Below are positions 22,330 through 35,765 of a stretch of DNA of 64,000 nt, piece after piece. Every line of letters starts with the position of its first letter. The stretch's first letter is position 1. Source of the stretch: Chara braunii (lineage: Eukaryota > Plantae > Charophyceae); the NCBI GenBank assembly GCA_003427395.1, contig BFEA01000004.1, positions 6,377,708 to 6,441,707 on the forward strand, in the 5' to 3' direction. The position numbers and the translations under genes were made by a program. The notes under the pieces are model-generated. The model saw only the letters and a list, made by a program, of their open reading frames with translations. It made no database searches and had not been told where the DNA came from.

Positions 22330-23236
22330 TATCAAGTGCATCGGTCCTGCAGGGGGACCCTCTCGACCACGCCACGCAGGATTTGGTTATTCGTGGTAGA
22401 AATGGAGCTTCCGCAGCCACTCCCGCCGAGTGCGTCAGCCATACCTCTCGCGAGCCCCTACGACAGGATAGGGCCTACAGGAGGTACAACTTACCTCCAC
22501 CTGCGGGAGCTGTCACCTCCCTTCGGTGGGCGTATCCCTGCTGAGCTACCAGTCCACAATACGAAGGATAATCAGTTGCAATCGCAGAGGTCGATCAGCC
22601 TATGGCGCTTTTCGTACGTTGTAGCATAGGGGGACATATGGTCCCACGCCTCTATTGGAGCCACATGCGAACCAACGCATTGGGAGGCTCAAGTCCCCAG
22701 CGTGACTCGTCGTCGGCTGACTAAAACGGATTCCACTCACCACGCCTTACAACATGCTAAAAACATAAGATTAAACACACACACAGAAAACAAAATACAG
22801 GCTCCTAGTCCCTTTAGTACTAGACCTATAACTTTTTGACACAGAAATCAGTAAGGCGTCGCGCGCGAGACTTAATATAAAATTGGGCGGATGCAGGGCC
22901 TTCTCATATGGATTAGCCATGCAAGCATCCGCAAGCAGTCGCCATGATGGCGTACTATGTAGTACCGATAACCACGCAGTCCTCGATGGTTGCGAGGGTC
23001 GTGTTCGACACTCAAGTGTTGGTTGACATGCGCCTTCAGGTGTTAATCTCTCGATGCTAGACAACAGCTTAGGCGGATGAGAACCACACCCTCGTCTGCA
23101 CCTTGCGAAGAGTGGGTGGTACACATGTTCATACATATGGTGACAGTCATCTCTCGAGGCCTTGGAGGCAAGCTCATGCATCCAAGGCCTGTAGAGAAAT
23201 CAAGGGGTTTGACTTTGACGGTTGTCACAGACTACA
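22330..23236 (-). repeat. LTR-like module of copy B (~900 bp)
   Basis: Reverse complement of 15761-17274 without the insertion and the duplication. Confidence 0.7.
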
Positions 23237-26100
23237 ACGTCCAACTATGAAAACTCTAAAAAGCAAAGGTAAAAGGGGATCTCCCTTTTCTCTCAAGGCA
23301 TACTCTGATTAACCCTTACGCACGGTCGCAATAGGTCACGAGAACACTCAAGGCATATGCATGTACATATATATAGGGTATATAATATGAGACGACCACT
23401 TCTCACAATCACAATGAGACTCGTCCCATCCATATATATATGTGTGATCGCAGACAGTCAAATCCAAAGTCCGAACCACAAAATATACTTGCAATCACAT
23501 CCAAGTCAAATGTTTACCAAAAACTTTATGCACTACACGGGGTCAACTTCAACCATTCTCTGCGCTCACACTCCTCGCTTTAGCCATACAAGGCTCAACC
23601 TTTGCCCAACCTTCCCGTAATAAAGTACTTTGTATCTTTGTTAAATGGTCATTGAATAAAGTCCAGGTGAAAACCCAACGAAACAATTGAAACCACATGG
23701 TTAAATCTTTTAGGTTGAGTTGGCGAAAGTGAATTAGAGTTGAATCGTAAACCGACGAATCGACAACCGACATGTTATCAGTGATCACAGAAGATGATCC
23801 TCGTGGGATCAAAGTTAATCTAGCCTCAATCCTGAATCGAATTGATCAAGAGAACCTGTAACACAAAATAAGTCAATTCTAAAGGCTAAACTATTAGTGT
23901 ATGTGGAACGAAGCTCCATAACACATTCTCACTCAAGATTCTTCTGATAACCAAGCCTAAGTTTATCTCTAAGCCAGTACCCAAAGAAAGGTAGGCCTTT
24001 CGCAATATCTCTCCTATGCAGGGTGGATCGTCGGAATCATCACCTGTCAAAATATAATCTAACTCCTTTAAACTAAGAAAACTCGGCAGTGCGTCCCGTA
24101 GGAATAGTGCCTTCTCAAAATTTATACTAGCTCGAATACGAAAATTGAAATAGCCTCTAACTCTAGAAAGTCTCAGCCTCCAGAAAGGTATATAAGTATG
24201 GGTTTTAACTGGGTTTATAAAAGGGGAAGAAGCTTACCACTCAGTTCCCTACCCCCGGAACCTCGCCTAGGTTCTGGCAGCGCTCCTGCAATCGGTGGAC
24301 AGACTCCCCACATAGTCTTGATGCGATCCTACGAGTTGCAATCCCGCCTTCCGCTGTGGTCTCATAACCTCAGACTAGACTACGGGTAGCAATCCCACCT
24401 TCCGCCTTGCTATCGTAACCTCGGACTAGACTTGGAATAAGAAGGGTAAAAGAAGAAACATTAAGACTCCAAGATCCACGAGAGGCGTACTCAGACTCGC
24501 GTGAGAGGACATTGGCTCCTTGAAACGTCTAAGATTCATGCAATGATGGCCAAAACGTAGCAAGGACAGTCGAACCATAACCAAAACACAGAGCAACAAC
24601 TTCCTCACGATCCTCCAAGTTGCATCGATGCCACCGTTGTAAAGCTTGATTACTTCTCTAAATCCCAATGTTGTTACCTCTGACCAAAATGTTGCCACGT
24701 AACCTAGAAAGGTTGCATTCGAAAATAGCACACCTCCCCCCTGTGTACTATCTGAACGCAGCTGAAACACAGCGGTATATAGCAAAGGATGCAATATACA
24801 CAACAAATCTCAGCGTATACCACAACACATAACACTTGTACATAGTGATACTCAGTGTTTTATGTATCGCAATACTCAACAAGAGTATAACCAGGGCTGC
24901 ACTCCGTAAATCATAGCAGTAGTAACCCCCGCATCAATACAACAGATCAACTATGTGCAACTGCGAATAGGGCAACAACTCGCAATTGCCTCATACAACA
25001 AGTAGGGCACGTCGCCAAATATTGTACTAATCATCAATAATAATTACTAAATACCACCAACACACACGTGTTGTAGTGGCGCCTCAAGCGCCACATCATA
25101 GCCCAAGTTAGCCACAATAGCATGATTGTCCATGCATGAGCACACTCTCCAAGTCTTAGTATGACCAGTCTCCGCAATAATTACCCAAAGCATCGATAAT
25201 AGTCTTCCAAGTCTCAGCAGCAGTCCGGTCTTTGTCGCAACACCGCTTAAAAACACAGCCCGTCACATAAAACAGTGACAAAAGTAGCTTATCGAGAAGG
25301 CTGGCAGTAACACTCAGACACCCTTTACCTCAGTTACCCCACGAAACCGCACAACAGCAAGAAGCATAGTTTGAAACACAACCTCTTAATTGCCACAACA
25401 ATTTAGTCGGCCCTTGCGACACCGACACCCTCTCAACCCTTCGGCATGCAGCCACCTTAATCGAGTAATGTCAGTGAGGAACAACGTCCGGATCGCGACT
25501 TTGAATATGACGATCAACACGGTGAAGACGATGAGTAACCTAAATCCCGACAAGCAACCATATGTATTTGATAACAATGAGGCAATTGCGACGCACAGTC
25601 TGAAAACAAGGATTGCTATCTACGAAAGAAAAGTCGTAACCACAACTAAAAACACGCGACTATGAACCTTGTTGCATTTTTCTTCAGATGTGCAAAGTGA
25701 GAATGAATCTTCCGTTAGACCATGGAAAGGTATGTCACCATCGAGTGAGTTTCCTCTACTTCCTACACACTACTTTTAACCACTAGCCTGACACTCTTAT
25801 TGGATACGTCCCGAAACAAGCCTTGGGAAATGATCCTCACTATCCCCGACCCTGACAGGGAATGGGAAACCACAACTCCTTTCAGATGTGCCCCTGGCTC
25901 AGACCTTGGTCAATGCGAGTCGACCTCTTTTGTCATAACGGGGCAATTTTAAATACGAAGGCGACAAACACTAGGATAAAGGTCACGACCACCTGGAAGG
26001 CCACGACTGCTACCAAAATCGGAGAGTACGATGAACAAGGACCCCAAGATCGAGATCCATCGAAACCCTCACCAGGAACGATAACTACTGAGTACACCAC
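23237..26100 (-). mobile_element. Non-coding retroelement-like repeat, copy B (internally deleted)
   Basis: 23237-24170 matches 14850-15760 and 24250-24600 matches 13050-13400; the array region between them is missing. Right boundary approximate. Confidence 0.65.
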
Positions 26101-26299
26101 CAAGAGATGAGGAGCGAAATGACAAAAAACTGCTAATGCAGGGGACATCATAAAGAAAACTACAACCTGGAGAGAATAAGGATCTCATAAATGCACTTAA
26201 ACACACGGCTATAGACCACGCCCTGCTTGCTCGCAATCATGTAAGTGAGTCAAATCTTCCATCAGGACTTACAAAATTACCTTGAATTCCCCATTATTT

Positions 26300-28155
26300 C
26301 CCCGTTCGCCCTCGTTCACTTGTGGTAAAGTAAGTCCGATCTCGCACTTTAGATGAACAACCATACGCAGTTGTATGGGTAAGTACGCACCTTTTGTTTT
26401 GTCAACGAACGTACCTGACTGCTCAAAGATATCGGGCTCATTCGTGTTTGGGTAGGACGAGCCGAGGAGTACGCCTCAAAGCACGAGCACAATCCAGCTG
26501 AGAATAATAAACTAAAAAATGAGAGTGAATCTTCCGCTATAATATGGAAAGATACACGTAAAATTAGCGCAATTTGGCCAACAACTGTTTGTCGGTTCAT
26601 CCCGCATTATCGGTCTTTCAGCGGTAAGTACCTCTCCTTCTCCCTCTCTCGATGTGTTCGCGTGCTCCGTTCCTTCGCGTCCTCGCTCTCCTGTGTGCTT
26701 GCATTCTCTCGCTTAGTCTTCCTACATCTCGCTCGCTGCCACCAAACTAATCCGCGCAACCTCTTCTCATTCTACTACCTTATCCGCCGTAGTAATTGTT
26801 AATCTAACATTTAATTCGGGGTCGCCCACCCCGAGAACCCTTCTCTCTTTCTTCTTCTTACCGAATTCCCTCCAGGAACGCGCATAGTCATACTCTCCCG
26901 CTCCGCCTTTTCTCTTTTAGCGCCTTCGTCTTCCTTCTTTTCCCTCCTCGCCGTTCGCGTCAACTTCTTTCGTTTTCCTAGCGCAGTTTCAACCGCTTAC
27001 GGTAAGGTAACTCCTGTTTCTACTGGTCCATCTAGTAGGTTGTATGGCAGTATCACCGTCAGCCTTCAGCAGTGCTGCTACCAGCGGTGCTTCCTGTAGC
27101 AGCTAGTGACGACGGGTTCCATATGTATATCCATTGCAGCCTACACTGTTGCAGGCCTCCGCCTAGCGTCCCTTGTGGTTAGGCACAGTTACCGTCTGTC
27201 GGGCCCCACCCGTATGCTCACAGTCAAGCTCCTCACCATAATAACTTTTGACGGGCGGCGCACCTGCAGAAAATCCTTGTCACTCAGTTCCTTCTTGACT
27301 CGGTCTCCCACCTGCTCGCATGCGAGTTGACTTCCTCGGTCCACGTTTCAAGATAAGCAGGTCGGAGGAATTTCACCGGCATCACGAACACACAGGAATC
27401 CGGTTTTGCGCCCTTTTAATAGTTGACTCGACAAAAATAACAATTGATTAGAAATAACAAAATAATCATCACAATTTTTTTTTAAAAAAAAAAGAAAGGA
27501 AAAACGAGATTTACTAATACCGCCTCAGTCCCGCGGCGCAAACCTGTGGACCGCAAAACCACGGGGATAGCCTTGTCGGGCCCTCAACCCGTTGGTTTCC
27601 CTCTCGCCGCTCCAATATTCCTGCGCCGCCTCCTGCTGACCTGGATCCCTGAATCCTCCGGATGAAAGTCCGACACCGTAAGTTATAGTGCTAGGCTCAA
27701 GGTTGAGCTTAGCATTACCAGACACCTATACAAGCGAGTGTCATGTGGCACGCAGGTCCATCGAGACGCTCCAAAGCCACACCTCGGCCTATCAACTCCC
27801 TATGCCCCACTGCGCGGCTATACAGAACCGTGTTGCGGTCGACGTCGTTCTCCGTACGTACACACATATCACGGTCAAGCATATCAATCAAAATTAAAAT
27901 ATCATTTAATCATTGTTTAATTTAAAATTCTAGTCGGCAAATACACTGGTTTCACAATCATTAACAAAAAGAGGGATCACACGCGCCTTAAGTCTGCACG
28001 CCCACACACTCTTTACTCTAGTCAACCATTCAGTTAGCGTAAACAACAGACACACCCGCGACTCGTGCGGTGCACTCAGACTCTAAACCAAACTTATTTT
28101 CTGTCACTTGCAAAAAACGAGGGCGGATACCCTTGTAAAGGTATTCCCACATACA
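26300..28155 (-). mobile_element. Dispersed repeat homologous to 41700-43906, with an LTR-start-like end
   Basis: 27270-28150 aligns with 43030-43900 (e.g. GTTGACTTCCTC.GTCCACGT, CCCACACACTCT.TACTCTAGTCAACCAT, GTCACTTGCAAAAAAC..GGGCGGATACCCTTGTAA.GGTATTC). Confidence 0.7.
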
Positions 28156-31100
28156 ACTTACCGGATCTTTTAAGCGACGTCCCCATCTCTCCGAAGAGTA
28201 AAAAAACTATCAGTTCATTCAAACTCAAAATGCTCACGAGAAATGAGCCAATCTGATTAGCCGACAGACTTTGGTTCGAGGCCTCCATCAATCCATGTCA
28301 AGCACAACTATATGCTGCCAGGATTCTAACATGGGTCTCCAATGTCCTGACACTAGGATGTTGGTGTACTCGACATACGTACTACAACATAAGTTTCAGC
28401 GGCGTTCTCAATAGTCCTCTCCCCTTTGTCCTAGACAAACGTCGGTTCTCGTTAGATGTCTCATTTAGTCTTCGCCCTGTAAGCAGGATCATAACTAGGG
28501 ACGCGGACCCTAACCGAGACCTTTGAAGACATTTTTTCCTCCCTCCTAAAATTCTCACAACCAATTTTATATATATATATATATATATACAGAGTCACCG
28601 GCGTTCAGGATGGGCCGAACGCCCGAACGTACGGGACTCCTTCGGGAGGCGTTCGTCCGTTTGAATCGATTCTGGGTGCAATCAGGCGAGTGGAGGTTCG
28701 TTTTAGGGGTTTCTAGGCACTACGATGTGATTGGCCGAACGTTGGTCGACTAGGGCGATCTCAACCAAACGTGAGACCCACCATATACTCCTAGTCCTTT
28801 TATAATTCTCGGATCACAGAATAAATCAATACACTCTTATCAAATCGCACAAGATAGGATTTTGACTTGATGAGATGATCTGCCGAAGTTATTTTTCCCA
28901 GCATTTATGACAAAAGAGACATTATATCGCCGCTTCCGAGGCAGAGGCTCGTTATTGACGAAAGATTTGGAAAGGACAACCTAACATTTGACATATGAGT
29001 TGATTCATCGACATACTCACTAAACCCTGCCACGAGTGACTTCTGCAAGTAAATTTTGCTGCTACCATGCAGATCAACAAGTGATCTGGTTCCTGGCCGA
29101 AGTTTGAACACTCAGTTCGACCACACCTTTGTACCATATGCAACTTGCTTGGATGAAAGTATTATCTAGAGAATAAAAATTTTGTTGGTCGCTTTGTCCT
29201 CCTGGTCAATAATTACTCTTCTAGTTCCTTGAATGATGACGTATCCACCTTCATCATTGGGATATAAAAAACAAACCCACAGTCGTTTCTCTGTGCCAAG
29301 GGAACCATCACCTTCATTGCCTACTTCTTCTTACCGCATGAGCTTCTTTTATCCCCAACACGCACCTATCCCTCTAGGAAGTGGTCTTGTGGATACTCCT
29401 TCCCCTCGTCCGAGCTCGAAGACTCGGATCTCAGAGGTTAGGCCGTTACCACCGAGTCGGCAAAGCATCGCCCCCGACGAATCGAATCCACTCCAAGTCG
29501 ATAACAGGGTCGGCTCCGAAAGCATACAAACCCCCGCCTCGGATGCTTCTTAGAGAGAAAGACCGTGTTCTTTATGAGTAGGTTTCTTTTATTCTCATTA
29601 CTCATAAGTTTTGGGTAATTTGGATGAAAAACAAACTGAAGAAGATAGACAACGAGAATCATTTGGACATGTATAGGTAGATAAGGTCGTTCAGGATAGA
29701 AAAAGTCAATCATGGGGAGAAAGTTAAATTTGTTTGACCTTATCCGCTCCAAGTTTATTTCGATTGAATTCATTTTATGATGCATACATAACCAAAATTT
29801 TTCAAAATAACGAATCTTTTTTGACATGCAAGCGGGTAAGAAGTGAAAAAAACATGATCCTTTTCTCTTTTCTCCAACCAGCATAATCAATCTTCTTTTC
29901 AAACACTCTTCTACCCACTTGCACAACACTCAAAAACGACAAATTCAAGAGAAAACCAGTGCATTCCCATATTTAAGTCAGATTTTTCCATTCACATGCG
30001 TGACTCACAGAACTTTGCTTTACCTTTCCAACAAACATTCAATGAACAAGGTCAAGCAAAGTGTGGTGTCACACAGGTGTGACGGGAAATCTGAGTCAAT
30101 AAACTGACCGACCTTGAGTGAAGTTCAATTCGTCTCACTCAAGAACGTCGAATAATATTTTAATCAGAGTAAAGGATATTCGTCGTTGAAATTGACAATA
30201 TGCAGCCCATAACAGCACAATTCGTGGTCGTTCCACTGAACGACAGTCCGCGTCCTTCTCCAAGTGTCCGACCACACCAAGGTCTGGCCCACTGAGGAAA
30301 CTCAAATGGGATAACCTTCCAGGAGGGTGCTCATAAGATCCAGTCCCAAATGGCCTCAACATCCCGGACAGTCCAATCGCAGTTCCCAACTTCACCTTAA
30401 CCACCAAAGATACTCGCCCCAAACTGCAAGTCCAAGCCGCCTCAAACCACTTCGTCCATATCCCACGTTGGCCCCACTCAGTCCCAAGATAGTCCCAAGT
30501 TGTCCTGGGTAGTCCCACACCATCACCCGCAACACCAAATAGTCCAGAACTCAAAACCGCTCGCATCGTGTGCCNCAAAAAAAATAAAGGTGGTCCTGGC
30601 TCAAAACCACATATGTCGCGAGCCCCAATAAAAATATCCTTCGCCGCAAACCGCAAGTGCNNNNNNNNNNNNNNNNNNNNNNNNNNNNNNNNNNNNNNNN
30701 NNNNNNNNNNNNNNNNNNNNNNNNNNNNNNNNNNNNNNNNNNNNNNNNNNNNNNNNNNNNNNNNNNNNNNNNNNNNNNNNNNNNNNNNNNNNNNNNNNNN
30801 NNNNNNNNNNNNNNNNNNNNNNNNNNNNNNNNNNNNNNNNNNNNNNNNNNNNNNNNNNNNNNNNNNNNNNNNNNNNNNNNNNNNNNNNNNNNNNNNNNNN
30901 NNNNNNNNNNNNNNNNNNNNNNNNNNNNNNNNNNNNNNNNNNNNNNNNNNNNNNNNNNNNNNNNNNNNNNNNNNNNNNNNNNNNNNNNNNNNNNNNNNNN
31001 NNNNNNNNNNNNNNNNNNNNNNNNNNNNNNNNNNNNNNNNNNNNNNNNNNNNNNNNNNNNNNNNNNNNNNNNNNNNNNNNNNNNNNNNNNNNNNNNNNNN

Positions 31101-32513
31101 NNNNNNNNNNNNNNNNNNNNNNNNNNNNNNNNNNNNNNNNNNNNNNNNNNNNNNNNNNNNNNNNNNNNNNNNNNNNNNNNNNNNNNNNNNNNNNNNNNNN
31201 NNNNNNNNNNNNNNNNNNNNNNNNNNNNNNNNNNNNNNNNNNNNNNNNNNNNNNNNNNNNNNNNNNNNNNNNNNNNNNNNNNNNNNNNNNNNNNNNNNNN
31301 NNNNNNNNNNNNNNNNNNNNNNNNNNNNNNNNNNNNNNNNNNNNNNNNNNNNNNNNNNNNNNNNNNNNNNNNNNNNNNNNNNNNNNNNNNNNNNNNNNNN
31401 NNNNNNNNNNNNNNNNNNNNNNNNNNNNNNNNNNNNNNNNNNNNNNNNNNNNNNNNNNNNNNNNNNNNNNNNNNNNNNNNNNNNNNNNNNNNNNNNTGAA
31501 TCATGAGAGAAATAGTCTATCATTACCACGCACATCAAAAATTAAAAGCAGGACTCCCGCTCGCCGCGCCGTTGAAACCGGTACCACGACGTCGTGCCAA
31601 AAACATTGGCAGCAGTTTCCCACCACTGTCGTTAAAACCAGTGCCACCGCCGCAAAAATCCGGCAGCGCTCCCACGTCACCACCGTCAAAACCAGTGCCA
31701 CCGCCGTAAAAATCCAGCAGCGCTTCAGCATCACTACCAAAAAAATCACAGTTGTTGCCGAAAAAATTCGGCAGCGCTCCCGCAGTACGTCAACAAAAAA
31801 AAATTTTGTTGCCGCAAAAACCGCGCAGCATCTCCCCAGCACTTCTCCAATTATGGTTGCCATGTGCAACATAACCCCTACACCTTACAGAAAATGGCCG
31901 CCGACGCCACGTTGAACGGACAGCACCTTCCCACCACCACTTCAGCTATGGCTGTCGTCGTCGTGATGGTTGCGCCGCACCTCCTCAGCACTTTACAAAG
32001 TGAAGTGGTAGCAATGGCTGCCTCCACTCTCCACCCCAGCCAGCAGCTTCTCCTCCAGCAACCAGCACTCACCCAAGTGGAATGCCAACAGCATCAGCCA
32101 CAAATGAATGCTGGCTGGCCAGCTACTGACTTCTTTTATAGCCAGCCGAGGGTTGAGCGCAGCAGCTTTGCCCATCAGCCAAAAACTCAGGGCAGGGTTT
32201 GATCTCAGACGAGATCAAGGGCAAGAAATCTTGATGTTCCCCTAGGGTAACTAAGTTCCAAGCCCTGGTAATTCATCTGGCCGTCACCCCCGGCCAGACG
32301 CAACCAAAAATAGCAGTAGTAAGACATTTCTAGCAGAATGTTGAACTCAACGGTTTGCTGTCTCATCAGGGTCCAGATGCTTCTGCCTCTGCGTCCGGTC
32401 GACGTCGCGATCAAATTCACGATATCTTTTTTTTTTTTTTTTTTTTTTTTCCCATTCATTTCCTCCCTGTAAGGGGCAGCTCATTTTTCGAAACGAGCGA
32501 CCTCCCACACTGT

Positions 32514-32756
32514 GTCTTTTCACAGAGTCAAACTAGAGTCAAGCTCAACTGAGTCTTCTTTCCCCTTGCCACTTAGTCGCGCGCCTGTACCAGGCACAAC
32601 AAAAATGCCAGGTACGGGCGCACCCCTAACACTCCCTGCTTCACAATGATAGGAAGAGTCGACATCGAAGGATCAAAAGCAATGCCACTATGAACACTTG
32701 GCTGCCACGGCCAACTCCAAGCCTTGAAACGCTAAAAGATCGATAGGTCATGCTTC
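32514..32756 (-). pseudogene. Rearranged 28S/25S rRNA domain V fragments inside the LTR
   Basis: Minus strand: (a) GAAGCATG.CCTATCGATC.TTTAG, (b) GTGGCAGCCAAG.GTTCATAG.GGC.TTGCTTTTGATCCTTCGATGTCG.CTCTTCCTATCATTGTGAAGCAG, (c) GGGGAAAGAAGAC.C.GTTGAGCTTGACTCTAGT..GACT.TGTGAAA.GAC; all are highly conserved eukaryotic LSU sequences. Confidence 0.9.
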
Positions 32757-33175
32757 AGACGTGAACGGGCGCCTGATCGCCTCGCCATCTACATAGGGGG
32801 ACGAAGGAGGGGGGGTTACATGGCCATGTATACTCCCATGTTCTAGCGAAAGATCCACTCGATTTTGCTCATCCCAAAGTGGCAGCCCGTTCGTAAGAAA
32901 CGAACGGCCACTTTAGTGAGTTTTCAACCAAATAAGACAAAAAAAAAAAACTACAGAAAAAAATAAAAAAAAAAAAAAAACTAAAGAAGAATATTATTAA
33001 AAAAAAATAAAAAAATCAAAGAACTCATCTTACAACAAAACAGTCGCCCGTTAAAACGGACGTTGTTAAGTGCACTGGGGTTGTCAACGCCCCAGTCACT
33101 TCTGAGCGCGCAATCTGGTGCTTTGTCCTTTAGTAAGTTTTAGTTTTTTTTTTTTTTTTTTTTTTTTTTTCTCGT

Positions 33176-33218
33176 TCGATTTATGCGTGTCATCCATGCA
33201 CAGGGTCCATGTTTGATT
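33176..33218 (-). pseudogene. U6: U6 snRNA 3'-half fragment inside the LTR
   Basis: Minus strand AATCAAACATGGACCCTGTGCATGGATGACACGCATAAATCGA versus plant U6 ATTAGCATGGCCCCTGCGCAAGGATGACACGCATAAATCGAG; followed by a long A tract. Confidence 0.75.
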
Positions 33219-34164
33219 CGCGCGGCCGGTCAGAACTGCGCGATCCTTGCGATCGAACGGTCCGGATCGACTACGCCGACAACGTTCGAAGTGGGCAGCT
33301 CCAAAAGGAGTTAGCCCTGTGGCACAGTATCTCAGATTCGATCGCGGTATCTGTCGGGTAAGATTCGAGTGCAGTAACCTACTGGGCTAGCTTCTATCAC
33401 GACAATGATACAAGCAACTTTTCTATAAGAAGAACTCGCCCAGTTGCTAGGCTGTCGCCCTGTAGCCTAGCAGACCCTGAGGCCTAGGCCTGCTGGCAAA
33501 CCAAACCCCACCCCCTTTCTCACTCGGTGGGGCACCGGGCCCTCTGGCCAGGGGCCCTGACTTGGCCAGCGTACCGCCCACTCACGCCCGGCTTCATCGA
33601 AACACATAGGTCGGATGTGTCTTTAAAAGGGGTCGCGCTTTCACACGTGGTGGTCTAAATTGACCCTTATAGGCTCTGAATCGCTCGGCTTAGCAGTTGC
33701 GCTTCCTTATTTTAGATAGAATAGGTATAAAATTATCATATTTTACAATCGTACGTCCGTGTGGTGTTACCAAACATGGGAAGAAGACCGGTCACGCTGC
33801 CGGTTCTTACCGTCGATTCCATATGCCGCAGGCGTCAGGTCTTAAGTTTAATAAGTTTTCATTTTTCAGCCGTATGTTTAGTTTGAATAAACTTATGGCA
33901 AATAACTCATCTCATCAAGTTATGAAGCCCGAATAACCATTTGCTAAGTCGGACATCGTTCGACATTTAAAATACCGGACAGATACCCTTGTCAGGGTTT
34001 CTGCCTCGACAGCATTCCCGGGCCCCATTGAACGACGACCCCGTCGTTCACTATCAAAAATACAAGTCAGGAATCTTATGAAATTTCCATGTGCAAACAA
34101 CAATTACAATACACAACAATCCAAAACAATTGTCCGGAACAAAGCCGGAACTTTCACCACCAAC

Positions 34165-34400
34165 CTAGATTCAATCTCCAGAAGCCTAAATATACACACA
34201 ACAAAGTTGGATTCAGCCTCCAGAAGCCTAAATATAAATACAACAAAATTGGATTCAGCCTTCAGAAACCTAAAACTTTACAGTTTTCTACTCATCAATT
34301 GGAATAGTACTAGATTTCACCCCTGGCAAGCCTAAAAATAAAAACTTGAACCCAGATTCAGCCCCTGGAAGCCTAAAATACAGAGGATATTTTTCAGAAT
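34165..34400. repeat. ~42-bp tandem repeat (GATTCAGCCTCCAGAAGCCTAAA core) just upstream of the 3' LTR
   Basis: Five core copies visible at about 34168, 34210, 34252, 34313 and 34355. Confidence 0.9.
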
Positions 34401-35765
34401 GGTCCCAGCATCATCCCACTGGCGACAAACATTTTTTTCTCTCTGAATGGTTACCACATTCCGCCCATGGTAAGCCTAAAATCGTCAACCTTCAGGTTGA
34501 TATCAGAATAGATCAACCTGTCGAAAGTTGTTTAGACAAGTCTGAACGAACCACTCAGAAAGCAACCATTCATTCAAAAGTCATCGCCCAAGTTTTATTC
34601 CTATTCCAACTTCAAAGAGCAAGATAACTCACATCGCTATCATGTCCGATGTTTCTGAACTTTTATGATTTGTGTCGAGGAGTGGTGCAATCGGCATAAG
34701 GATAGCATCTCGACATCAAGGCCCGCTTAAGATTCGAGCCTCACCACATTCCCTCTGATTCCAGCGTCGTGACCTCGTCAATCCTCCCCTATAGAGGTAG
34801 ACATCTTCACCCCACACAACCCAGGTTGGTTAGGCCTTGACCATGGAGGTGAAGTGATCTGCTTGATATGAGATTAGGTAACCACTCCTTCTCTCGTACC
34901 CAACAGTAATCGCCTCCTCTATAAGCTGTGTCTTAATAAGGTCACAACACCTTCCTCCCTTTCAATGATAGTGTAGCCTTCCTTTCCTTAAACCGCATAG
35001 GATTTGGAAGACAACATCTCACTATTGGCCAGGAGCACAGCTCCGGCGTGGGCCTCACCACCTACAGAGCTCACAATTACATCAGAAAGATATCGTAACA
35101 TTAAAACGAACAATTAACCATTACATTCAAATCATAAAAAATACAATTAACGACCATTCACAACAATTCACAACAAATGCTTTCACATGGAATTTCATAA
35201 TAGCCCGATTCAATCATTTTCTTTATCGTAATAAAGGTTCATCCATCTCACAAGAAGTGTTAATTATTAATGACACGAGTTCGTACGAATAACTAAAATT
35301 TAGTCAACCCATAATTAATGTCACGTCAGAGCTTCCTCGATGTCTATTTCATTGTATCAACAAAATTCAAATTAACAATATTGTAAATCCAATTAGTATA
35401 CACAAGTATATCTGATCAAAGTCAGTTTCCCATATCGTGCCTTCCTCCCAATACCTAGAAGCCTTTATACCAAAGACCAAGATAACTGAGGTATCCAAAT
35501 GATAAGATCAACGATCTTTCAATAGTGCCTAAAAGTACTCCGGACTCAAGTAGTAATGACGACCAACCGAAGGATGGAGATGAAATATGAGATTTACTCT
35601 AATTCTTCAATCTCCCCCACATGCGATTAAAAAGAACGTCCCTAACAGATTTGTCTTCTTTTTGAATAGGGAAGACGGGCACATGGTTCCAATCTTTACA
35701 AACTCCACCTTCTCACCCACTTACTATTCTCTCTCTAATATCGTAATCAAGGTATCTGCAAAATC

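Larger units (their letters stand above)
28735..34011 (-). repeat. 3' LTR (distal ~440 bp missing; ~240-bp extra segment at about 33700-33935)
   Basis: Collinear with 37066-41606; starts on the minus strand with TGTCGAGGCAGAAACCCTGAC at 34011. Confidence 0.85.

Noticed and set aside
32514-32756. Functional rRNA gene or rDNA unit
   Set aside because: Only three short, mutated, out-of-order pieces embedded in an LTR.
34676-34755. tRNA gene in the internal region
   Set aside because: Only vague A/B-box resemblance; no consistent cloverleaf.
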